64,000 nt of DNA from positions 1 to 64,000 of the forward strand of contig JBBRPR010000005.1 in assembly GCA_038227875.1 (NCBI GenBank), read 5' to 3'. Position 1 is the first letter of the stretch; the number at the start of each line of letters is the position of its first letter. Made by a program: the position numbers and the translations under genes. The notes under the pieces are model-generated. The model saw only the letters and a list, made by a program, of their open reading frames with translations. It was not told where the DNA came from and ran no database searches. Source of the DNA: Planctomycetota bacterium (lineage in GTDB: Bacteria > Planctomycetota > SZUA-567 > H5-PLA8). Positions 30,857 to 39,451 of the stretch are shown piece by piece.

Positions 30857-31762
30857 ATGGGTAGGATTTTGCGGAGCTTGATGTACGTGGGCAAAGCAAC
30901 GAAGCGCGACTGGTTCGGCGACATCGAACATGAACTTTGCCCGCTGCCGACGTTGCTGCGCGTGGAGACAGTGGCCGTCGGCGACGTCTGGGGCGAGCGC
31001 TTCCACACCACGCCCTCGCACGAATTAATTCACGTCCTGCAGGGCACCGCGCAGATTCAGTACCGCAACCGCGCCATCCCGGTTGGCCCGGGCGACACGC
31101 TGATTATTCCGCAGGGCACGCAGCACCGGGACGTCCGTTCGCAGGGCGAACAGTACCGCGTGCTCTACACTTTTTTCCGCTGGCCGGCCGGCAGGAAAAT
31201 CATCGCGCAGCTCGAACCGTCACGCCTGACCGGGATCGCCGCCGGCGCGCGCGCGCATTTGCAGATGCTGCTCAAGCAGTTGGAAGGCGAGTACCTCGGC
31301 GAAGCCGATGGCGCCGCCGAACGCATGCAGCTGATCCTGCTGGAAGTGCTCCTCGCGCTGGCCCGCTACGCGCACCGCGCCGGTCCGCGCGTGACGGAAG
31401 CGCGCCGCGCCATGGCGCTCGACCGGCGCACGAAACTTGCCGAGGAAGTGCAGACTTTCATCACCGCGCACTGTACTGAGTCGATCAGCCTGGAGGCGCT
31501 GGCGGCGCGCTTCGACGTCAGTCCGTTTCATCTCTGCCGCACGTACACGCAGGCGTTTGGTGTTTCGATGACCGACATGATCGCGCGATTGCGCATCGAA
31601 CGTGCCGCGGAATGGCTCAAGTCCGGCGACGCGAGCGTGAAAGCCGCCGCCGCGCGCAGCGGCTTCAGCGACCCGAATTACTTCGCCAAAGTTTTCCGCA
31701 AAGTGATGGACATGTCGCCGAGCCAGTATCAGGCGTCGGTGCGCAAATCTACCCGCGATTAG
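30857..31762 (+). CDS. AraC-family regulator with cupin domain
   Basis: HELIHVLQG and GFSDPNYFAKVFRK; start uncertain. Confidence 0.88.
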   Translation: MGRILRSLMYVGKATKRDWFGDIEHELCPLPTLLRVETVAVGDVWGERFHTTPSHELIHVLQGTAQIQYRNRAIPVGPGDTLIIPQGTQHRDVRSQGEQYRVLYTFFRWPAGRKIIAQLEPSRLTGIAAGARAHLQMLLKQLEGEYLGEADGAAERMQLILLEVLLALARYAHRAGPRVTEARRAMALDRRTKLAEEVQTFITAHCTESISLEALAARFDVSPFHLCRTYTQAFGVSMTDMIARLRIERAAEWLKSGDASVKAAAARSGFSDPNYFAKVFRKVMDMSPSQYQASVRKSTRD

Positions 31763-31788
31763 CATGGCGCAAATTTGCGCCATGCTAA
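31759..31788. repeat. Perfect 30-bp palindrome (REP- or terminator-like)
   Basis: TTAGCATGGCGCAAATTTGCGCCATGCTAA between convergent genes. Confidence 0.75.
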
Positions 31789-31866
31789 AAATGAGCCACA
31801 CATACTCTATTATCTCTAACGATGTAACCTTGGATCGAATTCGCTCCGGGGTTCTCGGATTGAACC

Positions 31867-33270
31867 CTACCACCCAATCAATCGCGAGAGCCTCTCGTAA
31901 TACGGATAGTAAAACGGATGCACCCAAGGTTCGACGATGTCGTAAACCAACTTCACGTTCAGCACAAAAATGATGATCGCGACCAGGTAGGCCAGAATCT
32001 TCAGCCACGTCGGATTGACGAATTCGCCCATCTTCTTCTTGTCGCTGGTGAACATCACCAATGGAAATACGGCGAAGGAAAGCTGGACGCTCAAGACCAC
32101 CTGGCTGAGCACGATCAGCTTGTCGACGGCGGTTTCGCCGGCGACGATCGCGACGATGACGGCCGGCACGATCGCCAGCAACCGCGTGATCAGTCGGCGC
32201 ATCCACGGGCGCAGGCGGATGTTCATGAAGCCTTCCATCACGATCTGGCCGGCCAGCGTTCCCGTCAGCGTCGAGTTCTGTCCCGATGCCAGCAGCGCCA
32301 GCGCGAAGATGATGCTCGCCGCCGTCGCGCCGACCATCGGCGTGAGCAGCTCGTACGCTTCCTCGATGCCTTCAACGGGCTTGTTGGCGGTGTGAAAGAC
32401 GGCAGCGGCGACAATCAGGATCGCGGCGTTGATGAACAGCGCCATCATCAGCGCGAGCGTCGAATCGATGGTGGCGAACTTGATCGCCTCGGCTTTCCCC
32501 TCGGATGTTTGTTCGAATTTGCGGGTCTGGACGATGGATGAATGCAGATACAGATTATGCGGCATCACTGTCGCGCCGAGGATGCCGATGCCGACGTAGA
32601 GCATCTCCTTGTTGCGCAGAATTTCCGGACTCGGAATGAAGCCGAGGAACAGTTCCGACACCACCGGCTTGGAGAAAATGATCTCCGCAAAGAAACAGCC
32701 GCCGATAACCAGGATGAGCGTCACCACCAGCGCCTCCAGGTAACGAAACCCAAGATGCGAGAGGTACATCACGATCAGCACGTCCAATCCCGTAATACAA
32801 ACGCCGTAAACGATGGGAATATGGAAGAGCAGTTTGAGTGCGATGGCCGAGCCGATGACTTCGGCCAGATCGCACGCGCAGATCGCGATTTCGCAGGTGA
32901 TCCAGAGGAAGATTGCGACGGGGCGCGAGTAATGATCGCGACAGGCCTGCGCCAGATCTCGGCCGGTGACAATGCCAAGCTTCAAGCACAGCGACTGCAG
33001 CAGGATCGCCATCAGATTGGACATGAAAATGACGGAGAGCAACGTGTAGCCAAACTTCGAGCCGCCCTGGATATCCGTCGCCCAGTTTCCCGGATCCATG
33101 TACCCAACGGCCACCAGAAACCCCGGCCCGGAGAACGCGAAGAGTTTCCGCCAGAAACCCATGCCCTTGGGAATTGTCACCGAGCGGTGATTTTCAGGCA
33201 GACTGGGTGCGGGCGAGGCCGAATGCCACCCGCTCTCCCCCGTCACTGCGCCATCCGGCACGTCACTCAT
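31867..33270 (-). CDS. mntH: Nramp Mn2+ transporter
   Basis: GYMDPGNW, GATVMPHNLYLHS and GTLAGQIVMEGF motifs; start 33270-33279. Confidence 0.95.
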   Translation of the reverse strand: MSDVPDGAVTGESGWHSASPAPSLPENHRSVTIPKGMGFWRKLFAFSGPGFLVAVGYMDPGNWATDIQGGSKFGYTLLSVIFMSNLMAILLQSLCLKLGIVTGRDLAQACRDHYSRPVAIFLWITCEIAICACDLAEVIGSAIALKLLFHIPIVYGVCITGLDVLIVMYLSHLGFRYLEALVVTLILVIGGCFFAEIIFSKPVVSELFLGFIPSPEILRNKEMLYVGIGILGATVMPHNLYLHSSIVQTRKFEQTSEGKAEAIKFATIDSTLALMMALFINAAILIVAAAVFHTANKPVEGIEEAYELLTPMVGATAASIIFALALLASGQNSTLTGTLAGQIVMEGFMNIRLRPWMRRLITRLLAIVPAVIVAIVAGETAVDKLIVLSQVVLSVQLSFAVFPLVMFTSDKKKMGEFVNPTWLKILAYLVAIIIFVLNVKLVYDIVEPWVHPFYYPYYERLSRLIGW

Positions 33271-33303
33271 TTCCATCACTCCCGTTCACTGCTAAGGTCA
33301 GTA

Positions 33304-33342
33304 AATGTTTCTCTCGGCTAACTAATGTTTCTCACGGCTAAC
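33304..33342. promoter_or_regulatory. Tandem putative DtxR/MntR operators upstream of mntH
   Basis: AATGTTTCTCWCGGCTAAC twice at 20-bp spacing. Confidence 0.7.
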
Positions 33343-33382
33343 TTATTTCCAACGTTAAAGGCACAACCTGCACTCTTGCTGT

Positions 33383-33910
33383 TTACACTCTGGAGATCCA
33401 CGCCCGCGATGAACGCGGTTTGCGCGGCCCTGCGTCCACGCGCTTGCCAACTCCGGCCCGGAAGCCCGCGACCGTGCGCTGGCCGTGCTGTTCGAGATAG
33501 TCGATGAACTTCACCAGCCGTTCCACCGTTTCGTGGCTGATCGCGTGCTCCATCAGGCAGGCATCATGCTCGGCCAGATCCGGCGGCAGGGTCAGCACCT
33601 GCTGCAGGAACCGCGTCAGCGCCTGGTGGCTGCGAACCTGCGCTTGAGCCACTTGCCGGCCGCGCGGCGTCACCGTCGCGCCGCCATAGCGCGTGTGCGT
33701 CACAAGACCCTGCCGCTTGAGACGCTGAATCGCCTTCGACACGCTGGGCTTCTTGACGCCAATCGCCTCCGCGATCGTGGAGACCCGCGAAACCCCGTTG
33801 GTCCCCGAGAGCGTGTAAATCGCCTCGAGGTAGTCCTCCATATTCGCCGACAACCGCCGCGCGCCCGCGCGATTGCTGTCGGGCTGAGAATTCGCCTGCC
33901 GTGCGCTCAT
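33383..33910 (-). CDS. mntR: DtxR/MntR-family metal-dependent repressor
   Basis: MEDYLEAIY, KPSVSKAI and ACLMEHAIS motifs; adjacent to mntH. Confidence 0.9.
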   Translation of the reverse strand: MSARQANSQPDSNRAGARRLSANMEDYLEAIYTLSGTNGVSRVSTIAEAIGVKKPSVSKAIQRLKRQGLVTHTRYGGATVTPRGRQVAQAQVRSHQALTRFLQQVLTLPPDLAEHDACLMEHAISHETVERLVKFIDYLEQHGQRTVAGFRAGVGKRVDAGPRKPRSSRAWISRV

Positions 33911-33930
33911 GTCAATCCGCCAAAGTGAAT

Positions 33931-33949
33931 AATGTTTCCTGCGGCTAAC
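33931..33949. promoter_or_regulatory. Third operator copy upstream of mntR (autoregulation)
   Basis: AATGTTTCCTGCGGCTAAC. Confidence 0.7.
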
Positions 33950-33990
33950 AATGGTAGGGGGGCCCTGGCGTGTGTCAAGTCATGCTTTTC

Positions 33991-34015
33991 GTAGTCCGGG
34001 CGGCTCGCCCGGAGA
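33991..34015 (+). repeat. GTAG-family REP
   Basis: GTAGTCCGGGCGGCTCGCCCGGAGA, identical in reverse at 63119..63143. Confidence 0.85.
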
Positions 34016-34156
34016 ATCTCCTCAAATTCAAAAGTCATTCGGACTTTAGGAATCGCACTCTACCGCGAAAGCAAGGAATACCTTCTAGGGCAGACAGCAA
34101 CACGATGCTTCGCTATCCGCAGTGGATTTGTGACTCCAGGCAAGCCGCCGAACTAC

Positions 34157-34190
34157 AAAAAGCAACGCGCGGAGCAATTGCTCCGCGCGT
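34157..34190 (-). terminator. Terminator of large secreted protein gene
   Basis: ACGCGCGGAGCAATTGCTCCGCGCGT palindrome with T-tract on minus strand. Confidence 0.65.
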
Positions 34191-34217
34191 CACGATCGGT
34201 CCACGACTTTCAGCAGC

Positions 34218-37200
34218 TTACGGCTTGAGCGTTGCCGTCCCGCTCTTGCCCTTCGCCGCTTTGTAACTGGCCTTGAGCGTTGCCAGGAAGGCGCTGCCGC
34301 CGACATTCAGAATCACCGGCACGCCCGAGATCGTCTGCGCGGTCTTGATGTCCGCGTTGGTGAAGCCCAGCGATGAGACGCCGGCGAAGATCGACGTCTT
34401 GGTCAGGCTCAGCGAGAACTTCAACGTCGGGCTCGTGAACGATCCGTCCTTGGCCTTCTTGCCCGTGAGCTTCAGGGCCGACTTGCCCTTCGCATCGAAC
34501 GAGAACTGCTTCGCGAAGGAACCGATGATCACGGTCACGCTTTTGCCATTGGGCTTGAATCCCGCACCGATTGGAATCGTACCCGCCAGCGACAACGCGT
34601 CCGAGTTGGCGCTCTTGAAGTTGAACTTCAGCGTGCCCTTGGTCACCGTCAACGCCGTGTTCGTCGGCCCGCCAGGCCCGCTGTCGTTGACCGCCACCAT
34701 CACGCCCGATGTGACGCTGGCAATGCCGTCGGAGACCGTCAGCGTTACCGAGTACACACCCGCGGCCGTGTAGGTGTGCGTGATCGGCGAACCGAAGTCG
34801 GTCGTGCCGTCGCCGAAGTCCCAGGTGTACAGAATCGCATCGTTGTCCGCGTCCGTGGCGGTGGCCACCAGCGTGACAGGACTGCCGGTGCTGCCCGGAT
34901 TCGGCGAAGCGATGGGCGCCGAAGCGATCACCGGCGCGGTGTTGGCTCCGGTGCCGGTGCGGGTGATCGTCAGCACGACATTCTTCGTAATCGTACCCGC
35001 GGAATTCGTGGCCGTGATTCGGAATGATGTGATTCCGCCTTGCGTCGGGATGCCGGAGATCGTGTCGGTGTCGAACGTCAGCCCCGTCGGGAGCCCGCCA
35101 AGCGTATAGGTGATCGGCTGCGAACCGTTGGCCGTGATCTGATAGCTGAAGCCCTGCCCGACGGTGGCCGTCGCCGTCGCGGGGCTGGTGATCACGGGCA
35201 GCGACGGATTGATGACCTGCGTCAGCGCCGCCGAGGTCGTGGTGCCGAAGTTCGCATCGCCGGAGTAGATCGCCGTGATGCTGTGGCTGCCGGCCGAGAG
35301 CGTGGAAATAGAGAACGAAGCCGTCGTCGCGCTGCCCACGGTGGTGACCGCCGCGCTGCCCAGCACCAGGCCGCCATCGCTGAAGGTGACCACGCCCGTC
35401 GGAACCGGCGGCGGTGTCGCCGTCAGCGTGGCAGTATAGGTGATGCTCTGCTGGAAGCCCGCCGGGTTGGCGGACGATCCCAGCGTGATCGGCGGCGGCA
35501 GCGGATTGACGGTGACCGCGATCGTCGACGTCGAGTTCCCGTTGGCGCTGTCGATGATCGTCACCTTCACGTTCTTGACGCCCGTGGTCATGAACGTGTT
35601 GCTCAAGTTAAACGTATTTGCGGCGCTCAACGTCAGCGTCTGCGGTCCGTTGCCGTCATCGTAGTCGACCTTGCCGGTGAAGGTGTCCGGTCCGTTCGGA
35701 TCGGTAAAGGAACCCGCCTGCGCGAAAACGCTACCGACGGTGACGTTGGCAGTGGCCGGCAGGGTGATGGTGGGTGCTACGTTGAACGTGGCGCTGAAGA
35801 CGTCGAGCGTGGCGCCGTTGGTATCGTTCGCCACCAGGTCGGAAGCCGAACTGCTGAACATGGCGGTGAATCCATTGCCGCTCAGTTCAGGAAATTGAGA
35901 GGCGCTGTTGCCCGACTGCGTCAGGTCGTTTTTGATGCTCAGGAGAATCGTCGAACTGGTCTGGCAATCCCGGCGGAAGACATCGGTCTGCGCATTGGAA
36001 TCCGTAAACGTGACGAGGTCCGTGGCGTTGCTTTCAAAGGCGACGAAACGCCCATCGTCGCTGATGCGCGCATTTTGAGAATTGGCGAACATCGTGGCCG
36101 ACGGAGAATTGCCGCCGTTGATGGCGCTGACGACGATTGTTTTGGTCGCGGTTGCATCGTTCATATCGCGGCGGAAAATGTCCGTGGAGCCATTTGTGTC
36201 CGCTGCCGCGACAAAATTTGTGCCGTCGCTGACAAAGACCACATAACGGCCGTCCTGGCTGATCGAACAACCCGAAGCATTGCCGGCTTCAGCCGTGGCG
36301 CTCGGAAATTTCGCTTCACTGGCCACCTTCGTCGCATTGGTCTGGGTATCGCGCCGGAAAATAACGGTGTTGGTTCCGGCGGTGGCATTGGCGTTCAAGT
36401 TCTTCGCGGCGGATTGAAACGCCACGAAATGTCCATCGCTATTGATGACCGGATTGGTGGACGCACCCGTCGTCCCAGGTGTGGTCGTGGTGCCATCCGC
36501 GGAGCTGACCAGCACCACGCCGTTGGGGTTCTGGCGATCCCACAACCAGATCTGCGAGGTCCCGTTTCCAACGCCGGCGCCTGGTCCCAGATCGGAGGCA
36601 TTGCAGTCAAAGGCCACAAATCGTCCGTCGGCGCTCATCACCGCGTTGAACGATCCGCCGCCGGTGGTGGGTGTGCCGGTCCCGGCGGAATTCACCGTCA
36701 CCAGCGTCGTCGTATTATTCACGCAGTCGCGAAGGTAGTACTTCGACTGGCTGGTCACTGTAGGCTTCGTGGGATCCAGCGCTGTGGATCCGTCGTGAAA
36801 GAAGAGCACATAGCGGCCATCCTGGCTGACGGCCTGGGTCTGCGTATTGAAATCCGCCACATCGGAGGCCTGGGTCACCGCGCCACTCTTTACGCCGATG
36901 GCGGTGGTCACGCCCGTTTGCAGATCGCGCCGATAACATCGCTGCCGGGACGTCAGACCAAAGGACAGAAGATTGGTGGCCTGGCTGTTAAACACCACCA
37001 CGCGTCCGTCGGCACTGATGATTGCATCGTCGGAGAAACTGTTGCCAGGCGCCGAATTGTCCGGAATCGCAGAGACCAACTGCGTCGTGCTCGTGCGCAA
37101 ATCACGCACAAATACGTCCTGTTGATTGACGTTGTGATTGGTGACCAGATCGGTCGCGAAACTTCTGAAGGTAATGTAGCGTCCGTCAGTGCTGATGGTG

Positions 37201-38351
37201 CGATTGGTGCTCGTCACGGCCTGAGTGCTGCCGATCGTGGGCGGAACGCTGCTGCCCGATCCCGTGCCCGACGCGCCCAGCGGCGTCGCCGAGACAAGCT
37301 TCACGTACGAGTTCGACGTCTGTCCGCCCACTACCAGCGTAGCGGTGATGGAGGTCGTCGAGCCGGCAGTGTTGGTCACCACACAGTCGTACAGCGCGGC
37401 GTCCGCGGCCGCAGCCGTGGAAATGGTGAGCGTCGTCGTGGTGACACCGGAATAGTGTCCCGCGTTGGTCAGATTCGAGCCGTTCTTGCGCCATTGAAAA
37501 CTGACCGCGCCTGTCGCGGCAATCGTAAACGTCGCGGTACCGTTGGGCGCAACCAACTGGTCCACCGGCTGCGTTGTAATCTTCGGCTTGTTCGCCACAG
37601 TCAGATTGGTCACGCTCAGCGATGCCGTGCGCGGGCCGCCGGAACCGGCGGCGCGCTTGTCGAAGCAGGTCGCGGTGACGTCGTACGCGCCGTTGGCCAG
37701 CGTGGTCGTGTCAAGCGTGGCCGCGAAGGCAGCGGCGGTGGTGCTGGTAAAGGTCTTGATCACCGTCTGCGTGCCGGCGGTCTTGAAAATGTAATCCACG
37801 CGCGTGATGCCCACCGGGCTGCCGTTGGCCGTGGTGCTCAGCGCTACGGATGCGCCAACCGACCCCTGCAGCGTAGCGTTGTTGCTCAGACCCATCAGCG
37901 CGGTCATCGTTGGCGCGGGCGGAAAGCTGTTAACGTCGCTGGGATTGGAAACGAGCGCCGAATTGCCGGGGTTCATCTGGCCGACCATGAACGCGCCGCT
38001 GGGATCCTGCAGGTCCTCACCGTTGGTGAAGCCGTCGCCGTCGGAGTCCAACGCCGCGAACGCCGCGCTCCAGTTGTGATTGTTGGTCGCGTTGCCAAAG
38101 GTGTTCTTGAAGGCATTGTTGCTCGTCGCCGAACCAGGTCCGCCGGTGCCGTGGCAGGTATTACAACTGTTCACGCCGCTGTTGGGAATGTTGGCGAGGT
38201 ATGCGCCGAAGGCGTTCGTATCAGTTGGGTAAAGCAACCAGTATCCGGCGCTGGCGACCAATGCCAAGGCAAGCGGCACCAGCACGACCTTTCGTGTGCT
38301 GCCCCGCGTTTTCCTGACCATTCTGTCCACACGCCGTCCTGATTTGTTCAT
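34218..38351 (-). CDS. Large secreted protein: CxxCH/temptin-like N-domain, Ig, TolB-like propeller, PKD/Big domains, conserved C-terminal domain
   Basis: CNTCH, LDSDGDGFTNGEDL, ITTQP...YDCVVTN, ISADGR repeats, YSGDANF, YTWDFGDG. Confidence 0.9.
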   Translation of the reverse strand: MNKSGRRVDRMVRKTRGSTRKVVLVPLALALVASAGYWLLYPTDTNAFGAYLANIPNSGVNSCNTCHGTGGPGSATSNNAFKNTFGNATNNHNWSAAFAALDSDGDGFTNGEDLQDPSGAFMVGQMNPGNSALVSNPSDVNSFPPAPTMTALMGLSNNATLQGSVGASVALSTTANGSPVGITRVDYIFKTAGTQTVIKTFTSTTAAAFAATLDTTTLANGAYDVTATCFDKRAAGSGGPRTASLSVTNLTVANKPKITTQPVDQLVAPNGTATFTIAATGAVSFQWRKNGSNLTNAGHYSGVTTTTLTISTAAAADAALYDCVVTNTAGSTTSITATLVVGGQTSNSYVKLVSATPLGASGTGSGSSVPPTIGSTQAVTSTNRTISTDGRYITFRSFATDLVTNHNVNQQDVFVRDLRTSTTQLVSAIPDNSAPGNSFSDDAIISADGRVVVFNSQATNLLSFGLTSRQRCYRRDLQTGVTTAIGVKSGAVTQASDVADFNTQTQAVSQDGRYVLFFHDGSTALDPTKPTVTSQSKYYLRDCVNNTTTLVTVNSAGTGTPTTGGGSFNAVMSADGRFVAFDCNASDLGPGAGVGNGTSQIWLWDRQNPNGVVLVSSADGTTTTPGTTGASTNPVINSDGHFVAFQSAAKNLNANATAGTNTVIFRRDTQTNATKVASEAKFPSATAEAGNASGCSISQDGRYVVFVSDGTNFVAAADTNGSTDIFRRDMNDATATKTIVVSAINGGNSPSATMFANSQNARISDDGRFVAFESNATDLVTFTDSNAQTDVFRRDCQTSSTILLSIKNDLTQSGNSASQFPELSGNGFTAMFSSSASDLVANDTNGATLDVFSATFNVAPTITLPATANVTVGSVFAQAGSFTDPNGPDTFTGKVDYDDGNGPQTLTLSAANTFNLSNTFMTTGVKNVKVTIIDSANGNSTSTIAVTVNPLPPPITLGSSANPAGFQQSITYTATLTATPPPVPTGVVTFSDGGLVLGSAAVTTVGSATTASFSISTLSAGSHSITAIYSGDANFGTTTSAALTQVINPSLPVITSPATATATVGQGFSYQITANGSQPITYTLGGLPTGLTFDTDTISGIPTQGGITSFRITATNSAGTITKNVVLTITRTGTGANTAPVIASAPIASPNPGSTGSPVTLVATATDADNDAILYTWDFGDGTTDFGSPITHTYTAAGVYSVTLTVSDGIASVTSGVMVAVNDSGPGGPTNTALTVTKGTLKFNFKSANSDALSLAGTIPIGAGFKPNGKSVTVIIGSFAKQFSFDAKGKSALKLTGKKAKDGSFTSPTLKFSLSLTKTSIFAGVSSLGFTNADIKTAQTISGVPVILNVGGSAFLATLKASYKAAKGKSGTATLKP

Positions 38352-38511
38352 GATATCTCCCTATTCACTGGACCGCTCGTGAGTTTTAACCCGTGAATTA
38401 ACTGTGTTCGAAGGCGGCAAATTGTATCACCCAGAATCTTTCGTGCAGTAAAAACAAGTCAGAACACGCGGAAATTCCGGCAATGGTTTCTGATTGGAAA
38501 GAATATTTTGA

Positions 38512-39336
38512 CTATTTGCTGCCTGCTCGCTTGCGGAATTCGCGCGGACTGACGCCGTAACGGCCGCTGAACAGCTTTGAAAAGTAGAAGAGATCGTCGT
38601 ACCCGACTTCGCGAGCCACGTCCGTCACCCGCAGGTTCCGGTCGCGCAGGAGGTAGGCGGCCTGCTGCAGGCGCTGGCCGATGACATAGGCCATCACCGA
38701 CGTCCCGAAATTCTTCCGGAACTGGCTGCACACGTGCGGCACTGAAAGATGCACGCGATGGGCGAGATCCTCCAGCGCCATAGGCAGCGGGTAGTTCGCG
38801 TCGATGTACGTTTTCAGTTCCAGCATTTCTTTGGAGATCGCGTGCTTGCGCGGATCGCCGCGGACGGCGCGGCTGATCTCGCACATCCAGTTGTCGATCA
38901 GGTTGCAGACGATCTTCTCGCTGGGCTTCACGAACTGGCTCAATTCTTCATGGATGCTGAAGAGGTACTTCTCCATGATCGTCGCGTCGGGCAGCATGAT
39001 CGCGGAATTGAACGGCAGGCGATGCGCTTTCACCGTGCGGCGGATGAACTGGCCGTCGCAATGCATCCACGAATGTTTGTACGGCGTCTTCGTGTTGCCG
39101 TAGAAGTGACCGTCCTCCGGCCGCCAGATCATCAGCACGCCGGGCGGATGCGTACGCTTGCCGGCCTTCGATTCGATCACGACTTCGTCATAAAAGTACA
39201 TGATCAGAAAATCGCCGGTGCCCGCCGGACGATTGATGATCTGCGGGCGCATCTGCTCCTGAATACCTATGCCGTGAATGGCCAGTCGGCGCGATTGCAG
39301 GGGCGGTGAGGTGAAAAAGTAGCGTAGCGGCGTCAT
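38512..39336 (-). CDS. AraC-family regulator divergent from sugar operon
   Basis: VGYDDLFYFSKLFSGRYGVSP. Confidence 0.9.
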   Translation of the reverse strand: MTPLRYFFTSPPLQSRRLAIHGIGIQEQMRPQIINRPAGTGDFLIMYFYDEVVIESKAGKRTHPPGVLMIWRPEDGHFYGNTKTPYKHSWMHCDGQFIRRTVKAHRLPFNSAIMLPDATIMEKYLFSIHEELSQFVKPSEKIVCNLIDNWMCEISRAVRGDPRKHAISKEMLELKTYIDANYPLPMALEDLAHRVHLSVPHVCSQFRKNFGTSVMAYVIGQRLQQAAYLLRDRNLRVTDVAREVGYDDLFYFSKLFSGRYGVSPREFRKRAGSK

Positions 39337-39451
39337 GGGCTGATCATTAGAAACTACAAATCTTCAATCAGTTTGTCCATTCCGATTTCACAGGTGCTTT
39401 GTTACCGTTCTGCCTGTTCTGAAGCTGATTGTGGAAGAGGCAACAAAAGTC

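Noticed and set aside
33271..33382. yybP-ykoY Mn riboswitch upstream of mntH
   Set aside because: No recognisable structure; the region is explained by operator repeats
35040..38342. 1100-aa plus-strand ORF (likewise 6789..8255, 47060..48925, 58980..60224)
   Set aside because: Antisense shadows of clear genes, common in high-GC DNA; no motifs
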